This document shows, in pieces, positions 6,899-14,234 of a stretch of DNA of 32,000 bases. How positions within the stretch are numbered: the first letter of the stretch is position 1; each line of letters begins with the position of its first letter. The stretch lies in assembly GCA_963699255.1 (NCBI GenBank), contig OY969425.1:960001-992000 (forward strand). The letters are read 5' to 3'. Origin of the DNA: an uncultured bacterium (lineage in GTDB: Bacteria > Margulisbacteria > WOR-1 > CAVSGV01). Position numbers and translations under genes: made by a program. Below the pieces are notes generated by a model. The model was not told the origin of the DNA. It worked only from the letters and a program-made list of their open reading frames with translations, and searched no databases.

Positions 6899-8764
6899 AT
6901 GAACAAAAGTAAAATTGATTCGGCAAAACTGGTGAAACCAACGCTGGGATTATTGGGGGCGTCAATGAACGCGATGGCGCTGATAGCTCCGGGCGCGTTC
7001 CTGTGGATCACCTATCAGCTGCAGGCCGCGGCGACCGCGCCCAGCGGCGCATCCGTCGCCGGCGACATCTGGGCGGGAATAGTCCTGGCCCTGATAGTCG
7101 CTTTTCTCACGGCTGTTTCATATTCCGAACTCGCGAAAATATATCCCGAAGCCGGTTTCGCCAGCGTCACGTATTTCGCGGAGAAAGCTTTCCTCGACCG
7201 CGAAGGCGCGAAAAGGTCCGCTCCGGCCTCCCTGGCCAGGATAGCGAAACTTATCACCGGCTGGGCGGCCCACCTGTTCTACTGGGTGTACCCCGGCATA
7301 ATGGTCGCCATGATGGCGAACCTCATCGGTTACATATATACACAGCTGACCGGGCTCACTTTATCTGTCATAGCGCTCACCATGATCGGCGTCGTCTTTA
7401 CCGCAGTGACCGGGTACATAGCGTACCGCGGAGTAACGGGCTCCACAAAAACATCGATATGGATCAACGTCATTCAATGGGTAACCCTCATAATATTCAG
7501 CGGACTTGCCATCTGGTACCGCGTTGCCAACCCGCAGGGCGTCACGGTGTGGGCTTTCAGCAGCGCCTGGGATGTCGTACGCCCACATACTATTAACGGC
7601 GTACTTGTACAGTCGACTCTCGCCATATTGATATTGGTCGGATTCGAAAGCTGCACGGCCCTCGCAGCTGAAACGAAAGAGCCGGAAAAGAACCTGCCGA
7701 AAGCCATTATCATTTCTCTGATCATACAGGGGCTGATCGCGTATCTTCTTGAATATTTCGCGGCTGCCGCAATGATAGGAGACAAACTGGTCAACGGGAA
7801 GGTTTCCGGAATGGCCGCGGCTGCGGCATCAGCCGCCCCCATCGGCGACCTTGCGAAGCTCATCGGCAAAAGCCTGCTCGGAGGCATAGGCTTCGGGCTC
7901 ATGATAACGATGGCGGTCACAGTGGCGATAGCCATCATCGGGACCACGCTCAGCTGCATGAACACCGCAATGAGGATAAGCGCCGGGATGGCGGAGGACA
8001 GGGAGCTTCCCACGATGATGGGATTCATGTCCAGGAAATTCAGCACTCCCCACATGTCGCTTCTGATGTTGATACTGGTCTCGTCCGTAATAGCCGCCGT
8101 CGGCGTGCGGTCGGTCGTCGGATTGACGGGGATAACTCTCGCTTCGAACCTCGGCACTTTCATCCTTTACGGCCTGACGTGCATTTGGACTATAGTGGCA
8201 TTCAAGGACAGGATCGAGTTCAATCTCCTGAAACACGGGATCATCCCTTTCCTAGGAGTGGTCACAAACATCATAATGGCGGTCGCCATCGTTTACCTGT
8301 ACGCCGTCGGGAATGCGGACGCTAAAGCCGAAGCGGATATCTGCTTCCTCATCGCGGGCGCATGGGGGCTTGTCAGCGTCGCTTATGTTGTGCTCACCAG
8401 CGTCAAGAGGTCGTACAGCCTTAAAATGGTCTCGGCGATGATCCGCCCGGAATCATTGAATGCTCTTGTGGACGTTCTCCAGGACGAAGAGCTCATCCTC
8501 GGGATAACGGTCACGAAAGTGAAAGGGTTCGGAAGGCAGAAAGGCAAGATAGACGCGGATGCGGAGCCCATCAATGACAAAATATCCTTCATCCCCAAAC
8601 TGCGCGTGGATCTTGTGGTGAACGACTGGGATGCTCCGGAGGTCATGAAGATAATGAGGGACGCATTGTTCACAGGCAATATCGGGGACGGGAAAATATT
8701 CGTCATGGATGCAGCCGACGCCATGAGGATAAGAACGGGAGAACGCGGCGTGTTCGCCGTCTAA
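6899..8764 (+). CDS. APC-superfamily (amino acid/polyamine/organocation) permease with C-terminally fused P-II (GlnB-like) domain
   Basis: One uninterrupted 621-aa ORF. Residues 1 to about 505 are polytopic and carry the APC signature VGFESCTALAAETKEPEKNLPKAII. From 8426 onward (MVSAMIRPESLNALVDVL...TKVKGFGRQKG...GNIGDGKIFVMDAADAMRIRTGE) it is colinear with full-length GlnB. Confidence 0.85.
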   Translation: MNKSKIDSAKLVKPTLGLLGASMNAMALIAPGAFLWITYQLQAAATAPSGASVAGDIWAGIVLALIVAFLTAVSYSELAKIYPEAGFASVTYFAEKAFLDREGAKRSAPASLARIAKLITGWAAHLFYWVYPGIMVAMMANLIGYIYTQLTGLTLSVIALTMIGVVFTAVTGYIAYRGVTGSTKTSIWINVIQWVTLIIFSGLAIWYRVANPQGVTVWAFSSAWDVVRPHTINGVLVQSTLAILILVGFESCTALAAETKEPEKNLPKAIIISLIIQGLIAYLLEYFAAAAMIGDKLVNGKVSGMAAAAASAAPIGDLAKLIGKSLLGGIGFGLMITMAVTVAIAIIGTTLSCMNTAMRISAGMAEDRELPTMMGFMSRKFSTPHMSLLMLILVSSVIAAVGVRSVVGLTGITLASNLGTFILYGLTCIWTIVAFKDRIEFNLLKHGIIPFLGVVTNIIMAVAIVYLYAVGNADAKAEADICFLIAGAWGLVSVAYVVLTSVKRSYSLKMVSAMIRPESLNALVDVLQDEELILGITVTKVKGFGRQKGKIDADAEPINDKISFIPKLRVDLVVNDWDAPEVMKIMRDALFTGNIGDGKIFVMDAADAMRIRTGERGVFAV

Positions 8765-8777
8765 AGGAGGAACCGAC

Positions 8778-9116
8778 ATGAAAAGGATAGAAGCGATAAT
8801 CAGGCCCGGCAAGGTAAATGACGTGTGCGGCGCGCTTGATAAAGTGGGCCATCCGGGAGTGATGGTGTCGGAGATAGAAGGCCACGGAAAGCAAAAAGGA
8901 CTGGAGCAGCAGGTGCGCGGAAAGACGTATAAGGTGGATCTCCTACCCAAAGCCCGCCTGGAAGTGGTGGTAAAAGACTCGGACGTGGAAAAGACGGTAA
9001 CGGCGATACGGGAAGCGGCGTACAGCGGCAATGTGGGAGACGGGAAAATATTCATTTATCCCGTGGATGACACGGTAAGGATACGCACCGCCGAGCATGG
9101 TGATATTGCGATATAA
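8778..9116 (+). CDS. glnB: Nitrogen regulatory protein P-II (GlnB/GlnK family), free-standing
   Basis: 112 aa: MKRIEAIIRPGKVNDV...GHGKQKGLEQQVRGKTYKVDLLPK...GDGKIFIYPVDDTVRIRTAE. The T-loop Tyr is retained at the GlnB Tyr51-equivalent position. SD AAGGAGG upstream. Confidence 0.9.
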   Translation: MKRIEAIIRPGKVNDVCGALDKVGHPGVMVSEIEGHGKQKGLEQQVRGKTYKVDLLPKARLEVVVKDSDVEKTVTAIREAAYSGNVGDGKIFIYPVDDTVRIRTAEHGDIAI

Positions 9117-9185
9117 TCTCCGGACCAAAAAGCGCGGATCAAAAAAGCGGGCTCATTTATTGATGCCGCAAGGCCCATCACGAAC

Positions 9186-9220
9186 AAAAGCCGAAGGGCA
9201 TTTCTGGCCTTCGGCTTTAT
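9186..9220. terminator. Bidirectional rho-independent terminator between convergent genes
   Basis: Stem AGCCGAAGG (9189-9197) / CCTTCGGCT (9208-9216), flanked by an A-run upstream and a T-run downstream. Confidence 0.7.
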
Positions 9221-9242
9221 CTTGGTCGGAACGGGAGATTAT

Positions 9243-9506
9243 CTATTGTGTCGGCGTAGTTGGCGCGGGCTGAGTCGTCGCTTTCGCCTTCCTTTTCGCG
9301 CGTCTTGCCGCACGTTTCGCCTTCATGGCGGCCTTTAGATCTTTCCTTTTCTGTTTCCTATCCTGCATTAATTTTTGCCTGTCAGCTTTTATCTTTTGCG
9401 TATCCTGTTTCACCGGTGCAACAGCCTGATCCGCATAAGCAAGCTGCGTCGCGAAACATCCCAGGACCAATAACAACACGAATAGTGAAGAGATGCTCTT
9501 TTTCAT
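9243..9506 (-). CDS. Small exported polycationic protein
   Basis: Start at ATG 9506 behind SD AAGGGGGG. Signal peptide MKKSISSLFVLLLVLGCFATQLAYA, then ...KQKRKDLKAAMKAKRAARRAKRKAK.... Confidence 0.55.
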   Translation of the reverse strand: MKKSISSLFVLLLVLGCFATQLAYADQAVAPVKQDTQKIKADRQKLMQDRKQKRKDLKAAMKAKRAARRAKRKAKATTQPAPTTPTQ

Positions 9507-9549
9507 CTGATATCCCCCCTTTACATATGTATTCTTACATATATTAAGT

Positions 9550-10020
9550 TTAATATCCATTTCCGGACGGAGATGGCGCTACCGGAGGCACAGGAGCCGG
9601 AGCTTCGGGAGCCATAGGAGCCGAAGGAGCTGGAGCTTCCGGAGCCGCAGGCGCCACAGGAGCCGGAGCTTCCGGAGCCGGGGTCACAACAGGCGCCGCC
9701 GGTGCCGCCTCAGGAGCCGTTGCCGGAACTGTCGCAGTCGACGTCGGTACCACTACGGGAGCCGGAGCTGCTGCCGGCGCCACAGCCGGTGCCGCAGCCT
9801 TGACCGGTTTAGCCGCCTTTGGAGCCGCCTTTTTTACAGCCGCTTTCTTCACTACCCTCTTTATCTTTTTAACCTTTTTGACCTTTACAACTTTGGAAGC
9901 TTCGGTCGTGGACGCTGGTTTCGTCATTGACGGAGCATTTACAACATCAGCCGAGGCCACAAGAGAGAACGCACCCAGGCAGAAAGCCGCCATAACAAGC
10001 CAACTTATCTTTTTCATCAT
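9550..10020 (-). CDS. Exported Lys/Ala/Pro-rich repeat protein
   Basis: Signal peptide MMKKISWLVMAAFCLGAFSLVASA. Histone-H1-like block KVVKVKKVKKIKRVVKKAAVKKAAPKAAKPVKAAAP, then three APEAPAP repeats. SD GGAGGTGA upstream. Confidence 0.65.
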   Translation of the reverse strand: MMKKISWLVMAAFCLGAFSLVASADVVNAPSMTKPASTTEASKVVKVKKVKKIKRVVKKAAVKKAAPKAAKPVKAAAPAVAPAAAPAPVVVPTSTATVPATAPEAAPAAPVVTPAPEAPAPVAPAAPEAPAPSAPMAPEAPAPVPPVAPSPSGNGY

Positions 10021-10058
10021 TTAATTCACCTCCTTATCCTTATATTATTATTATGTAA

Positions 10059-10129
10059 CGATCTTGATGCGTATTCTAATACTATCGCATTAGATTTACA
10101 TTAAAACATAATTAGAATTCGATTAATGC
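10059..10129 (-). promoter_or_regulatory. Conserved 71-nt upstream/leader element, copy B
   Basis: 55/71 ungapped identity to 4146-4216, in the same orientation relative to the downstream minus-strand gene (start 10020, 38 nt away). Confidence 0.5.
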
Positions 10130-10211
10130 GAACAAGCCTGATATCGCCTTGTAATGCTCATAGAGCGATGATATTTTCCGTTGCGGCTTCATCCGTCCGT
10201 TATCCAAACAC

Positions 10212-10240
10212 TTGACGGAAATTAACGTATGTGATATAAA
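10212..10240 (+). promoter_or_regulatory. Sigma-70-type promoter for the lipoprotein gene
   Basis: TTGACG (10212-10217), 17-nt spacer, TATAAA (10235-10240). The start codon is 35 nt downstream. Confidence 0.5.
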
Positions 10241-10274
10241 TCTAACGTTTTAATGTTCTTGCGGAGGTAAAAAA

Positions 10275-10973
10275 ATGAAAAAGCAAATGATCCTGGTCCT
10301 GGGCTGCGTTCTTATTTTCGCGTGCGGCTTCGGCGGTCCGGCCCCTACGGCATCTTCCGGCGGCAGCTCCGCAACATCTTCAAATATATACATGATCGAT
10401 GATTTCGAGGACGGCGACTATACGACCAATCCCGAATGGTGGAAGTTCGACAACATCACCGCTTCGATAGCCGACAACACGCTTTACCAGACCGGCGATC
10501 CCGCCGTTGTCGCGGCGGTCGGGAAAAACTCGCTCAACATAACAGGGAGCGCCTCCGACTGGTATGCGGGAGGGATGGGAACATATCTCGCGAGAAAGAA
10601 CAACGACCTCGGCAAATATAACGCGGTGCAGATGGATGTTTTCGGCAACGGCCCCGGATCGGGCACGATAAAGATAGAGCTGGTGGATGACGACAAGGGC
10701 AACTGGCAGGTGGAGCAGGATTCAAAAGGCGTGCCGCTTTATGATGATAAGTTCGTATACAACGTGAACGTGGACTGGAAAGGCTGGAAAAGTGTCGTCA
10801 TACCGTTCAGCGATTTCGCCCTTGAAAACCCGGGCAAAGGCGACGGCGTCCTGACAGTCGGGCAGGAGAACGGGCACGGCGGGCTGCTCCAGATGCAGTT
10901 CATTTTCATCGCGTCCCAAAAGGTCGGTTCATTGAATTACAACCTGGATAACATATCGCTGGTAAAACAATAA
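10275..10973 (+). CDS. Lipoprotein with beta-sandwich, carbohydrate-binding-module-like body (CBM11/CIA30-like)
   Basis: MKKQMILVLGCVLIFAC with a lipobox Cys and an S/G linker. ...YMIDDFEDGDYTTNPEWWKF... and ...WKGWKSVVIPFSDF... resemble CBM/CIA30-type modules. The domain call is from memory only. Confidence 0.6.
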   Translation: MKKQMILVLGCVLIFACGFGGPAPTASSGGSSATSSNIYMIDDFEDGDYTTNPEWWKFDNITASIADNTLYQTGDPAVVAAVGKNSLNITGSASDWYAGGMGTYLARKNNDLGKYNAVQMDVFGNGPGSGTIKIELVDDDKGNWQVEQDSKGVPLYDDKFVYNVNVDWKGWKSVVIPFSDFALENPGKGDGVLTVGQENGHGGLLQMQFIFIASQKVGSLNYNLDNISLVKQ

Positions 10974-11003
10974 GATCTTTGGGGGCGGGTCGGGCGTCAG
11001 GGT

Positions 11004-11735
11004 CTATTTTACCGCCCCGTAAACGGCGAAGTTGTAATACTTAAAGTGCGCATCGGCTGAACTGAACCCGGCTTTTCTAAGCCACTCCAGTTCGAGGTTC
11101 AGCTTGTTCGGCCTGTCTTCGCGATTATATCGCTCCAGGTTCTCCTTCATGTCTTCCTGAGGCAGATTGCTTATGACGAATTCCCCCCACTTTTTCAGGT
11201 ATACCTCCTGGATTTTTTCGTCATCTGCCAATATGATGTCAGCGTTCAAAAATATCCCGCCCGGGTTGAGAGCCTCGTATAGTCTGCGGTAAAATCCCAT
11301 TTTGTTCTTATCCGGTTCCAGATGATGCAGCGCCAGGGAAGAAACGACCGCGTCATATTTTTCCTTGAATTTGTAGGCGGCCAGATCGGCCTGCTCATAC
11401 TTGATGCCGGAAAACCCGCCCAGCTTCTTTTTGGACATTTCCAGCATCTGCGGGGCGATGTCCATGCACGTTATCCGGGCCTGGGGAAACGCCTGTTTTA
11501 TAAGGCAGGCAGCAGTTCCCGTGCCGGCGCCCAGGTCAAGCACGGAAAATTCCTGCTCCCCGGTGAAAGGCAGAAGACTGACCATGACCGCCAGCATTTC
11601 CTTATAATATGGGACCCTCTGCAAGGCCCTCGTATCCCAGATGCCCGCTTCCGAGTTGAAATGATCTTTAACGGTCCTCATTCTGTCTTCGCCCATGATC
11701 GGGACATTATAGACAGTAGTTCCCGCCGTGTCCAT
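11004..11735 (-). CDS. Class I SAM-dependent methyltransferase, CmoA-like
   Basis: Motif I VLDLGAGTGTAA. N-terminal ...RVPYYKEML... and C-terminal ...LRKAGFSSADAHFKYYNFAVYGAVK parallel E. coli CmoA (...[25 protein letters not shown]). The start is uncertain (ATGs at 11735, 11696, 11681; none has a clear SD). Confidence 0.8.
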   Translation of the reverse strand: MDTAGTTVYNVPIMGEDRMRTVKDHFNSEAGIWDTRALQRVPYYKEMLAVMVSLLPFTGEQEFSVLDLGAGTGTAACLIKQAFPQARITCMDIAPQMLEMSKKKLGGFSGIKYEQADLAAYKFKEKYDAVVSSLALHHLEPDKNKMGFYRRLYEALNPGGIFLNADIILADDEKIQEVYLKKWGEFVISNLPQEDMKENLERYNREDRPNKLNLELEWLRKAGFSSADAHFKYYNFAVYGAVK

Positions 11736-11763
11736 ATCGTTGCATAATTAATAATTAATAATA

Positions 11764-11791
11764 TTGTTTTTCACAAATGTTTTGATATAAT
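11764..11791 (+). promoter_or_regulatory. Sigma-70-type promoter upstream of hppA
   Basis: TTGTTT (11764-11769), 16-nt spacer, TATAAT (11786-11791). Predicts a leader of about 139 nt. Confidence 0.45.
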
Positions 11792-11936
11792 ATGAAAGGC
11801 AGTGAGGTTTCCCTGAAAGATTCGATCTTCGGATTCGATCGCCTCTACCAAAGACCGGTTAAATGGTTAAGGGGGGTTTTTTGTTCAGAGGCGCTGCCAG
11901 ATGGCTGATGGATAGAAAAGAAGGGGGAAAATAAAA

Positions 11937-14171
11937 ATGTCAGAATCAAGCGTCATGCTTCCGTTGTTAGGGGCTCTGGAGAACAATCTTCTGTGGATGG
12001 TATTCGGGTCGGCGATAATCGCGCTTCTTTACGGGGCGTACCTCGCCTGGAAGGTCTTGAAGGCTCCGCAGGGGTCGCAGGCCATGATCGACGTGTCAAA
12101 AGCCATCCAGCAGGGTTCGGCAGCTTACCTCGCCCGCCAGTTCAAAGTGATGGGCATCATCATATTTTTACTGACCATAGGTCTGTATTTAATGTACAGG
12201 CCGATCTATACCAATAATCCGTTCCTGCCGATCGGCATAGCGGGCGCTTTCCTGCTGGGTTCCATGGCATCGGCCGGCGCAGGTTTTGTGGGAATGAACC
12301 TGGCCGTACGCGCTAATGTGCGCGTGGCCAACGCGGCCCTGACCAGCTATAAGAAAGCCCTGGAGATCGCCTTCCAGGCCGGCACAATATCCGGCATGTT
12401 CACCGTAGGGCTTGGATTGCTGGGAGCCACCATCATATTCATGATATTCAAGCAGGATGCCATGAAGGTCCTTATCGGTTTCGGTTTCGGCGGCTCGCTG
12501 GTCGCTCTCTTTATGCGCGTCGGCGGCGGCATCTTCACGAAAGCGGCTGACGTAGGCGCAGACCTGGTCGGCAAAGTCGAGAAGAACATTCCGGAAGACG
12601 ATCCGAGGAACGCGGCGGTCATAGCCGACAACGTCGGCGACAACGTCGGCGACTGCGCCGGCATGGCAGCCGACGTTTTTGAGAGCTACGAAGTGACCCT
12701 GGTCGCGGCGATCATACTTGGCGCGGGGCTCCTGCTCGACAGCGGCTTCAAGGCGTTCTACGGGGCGGGCGCGGCGGCCATGGCTCTGAAGCTTATCCTT
12801 TATCCTCTATTGGTCCGAGCGGTCGGGGTTTTCGCGTCGATCATCGGGACACTGCTGGTGCGCGGCAAAGACACCGAGGAGATCGGCGATCCCATGCAAT
12901 CGATCAATTTCGGCTTCTGGGCGGCGTCCATAACCGCGACGATCGGTTTCGGCGCGGTCAATTATTTTTATCTTAAGGATTGGCGATTTTTCTTCGCGAC
13001 CCTGACCGGGATCATCCTGGCGATCGTGATCGAATGGATAACGAATTACTTCACTCACACGTCAAACCGTCCGGTCCAGGAAACAGCTTACGCGTCAAAG
13101 ACCGGCCCGGCGACACTCCTGCTTTCAGGTTTCGGCCTGGGCAAGGAATCTTCTGTCTGGGCGATCCTTGCCATTGCCGCGACTATATTCGTATCAACAA
13201 GCATTTTCGGCGGGAACATAGGGCTCTCGGCTTACGGCATAGCCCTGGCGGGACTGGGGCTTTTAACGACCACCGGCTTTATCCTGGCCGAAGACACTTT
13301 CGGGCCGATCTCGGATAACGCCAGCGGAATTTTTGAAATGTCCGGCGCCAACAAAGGTGCCGGCAAACGCGCGCAGGAAATAACGATCAAGCTCGACGCG
13401 GTCGGGAACACGACCAAAGCCCTGACAAAAGGTTTTGCCATAGCCACGGCGGTCATCGCGGCCATCGCGCTGTACAGGTCATTTATCTCCGAAGGCGGGC
13501 TCCTGCTAACGGGCATTCAGCTCAATATGCCGGATGTATTCATCGGCCTGCTGATAGGAGGCGCTGTGCCGTTCCTTTTCTCTTCGCTATTGATAAACGC
13601 GGTCGGACGCTCCGCTTTCTTCGTGGTCGAAGAGGTCCGTCGCCAGTTCAGGGAGATCCCCGGGATCATGGAAGGCAAAAATAAGCCGGAGTACGACAAG
13701 TGCGTGGACATCGTGACCATCGCCGCGCAGAAAGAGCTGGTCGGTCCGGTAATAATCGGGGTTTGCACCCCTATCGCCGTCGGTTTCGGCCTGGGCGTCG
13801 CGGCGCTCGGCGGCTATCTGGCGGGCACTATACTTGTCGGACAGCTTCTCGCGGTCATGCTCTCGAACTCCGGTGCGATCTGGGATAACGCCAAGAAGGT
13901 AATTGAGATGGGCGCGCACGGGGGCAAAGGCAGCGAGTGTCACAAGGCGGCGGTCATCGGCGATACGGTCGGCGATCCATTCAAAGATACGGCCGGTCCG
14001 GCGCTCAACCCGTTGATCAAGGTAATGAACCTGGTATCGATCCTGATCCTGCCGCTTCTTCTTCTCGGATTTGATATAAAGATCCGTTTGGGCATCGTGA
14101 TCGTTTGCGTTCTTCTGATCATTTTCGCGCTCTGGCTGTCGAAAAAAGAAGGGATAATGACCGAGCGATAA
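11937..14171 (+). CDS. hppA: Membrane-bound proton-translocating pyrophosphatase, K+-independent type
   Basis: 744 aa, polytopic. Canonical motifs GGGIFTKAADVGADLVGKVE and DNVGDNVGDCAGMAADVFESY. GNTTKA (Lys where K+-dependent enzymes have Ala) indicates the K+-independent subfamily. Confidence 0.95.
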   Translation: MSESSVMLPLLGALENNLLWMVFGSAIIALLYGAYLAWKVLKAPQGSQAMIDVSKAIQQGSAAYLARQFKVMGIIIFLLTIGLYLMYRPIYTNNPFLPIGIAGAFLLGSMASAGAGFVGMNLAVRANVRVANAALTSYKKALEIAFQAGTISGMFTVGLGLLGATIIFMIFKQDAMKVLIGFGFGGSLVALFMRVGGGIFTKAADVGADLVGKVEKNIPEDDPRNAAVIADNVGDNVGDCAGMAADVFESYEVTLVAAIILGAGLLLDSGFKAFYGAGAAAMALKLILYPLLVRAVGVFASIIGTLLVRGKDTEEIGDPMQSINFGFWAASITATIGFGAVNYFYLKDWRFFFATLTGIILAIVIEWITNYFTHTSNRPVQETAYASKTGPATLLLSGFGLGKESSVWAILAIAATIFVSTSIFGGNIGLSAYGIALAGLGLLTTTGFILAEDTFGPISDNASGIFEMSGANKGAGKRAQEITIKLDAVGNTTKALTKGFAIATAVIAAIALYRSFISEGGLLLTGIQLNMPDVFIGLLIGGAVPFLFSSLLINAVGRSAFFVVEEVRRQFREIPGIMEGKNKPEYDKCVDIVTIAAQKELVGPVIIGVCTPIAVGFGLGVAALGGYLAGTILVGQLLAVMLSNSGAIWDNAKKVIEMGAHGGKGSECHKAAVIGDTVGDPFKDTAGPALNPLIKVMNLVSILILPLLLLGFDIKIRLGIVIVCVLLIIFALWLSKKEGIMTER

Positions 14172-14234
14172 CCGGCCTTCGCTCGATACGGGGCTATTTG
14201 ATCGACTCTGATGATCCGGTCAGGAAGTGACCTG

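Noticed and set aside
7003-8236. Several 130-230-aa ORFs on both strands inside the permease gene (7003-7596 +, 7474-8163 -, 7829-8236 -)
   Set aside because: They overlap a confidently identified polytopic APC permease frame. Their compositions (Arg/His/Pro-rich or reversed hydrophobic) are typical of out-of-frame reads of a membrane-protein gene.
9580-9790. GC-rich DNA repeats (GGAGCCGGAGCTTCCGGAGCC...) as a non-coding satellite
   Set aside because: They are in-frame codon repeats encoding the APEAPAP / Ala-Pro-rich region of the exported protein at 9550-10020.
10982-11018. Inverted repeat GGGGCGG ... CCGCCCC between the convergent lipoprotein and methyltransferase genes as a terminator
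   Set aside because: The loop is 23 nt, the right arm lies inside the methyltransferase coding sequence, and no U-tract follows on either strand. Too weak to call.
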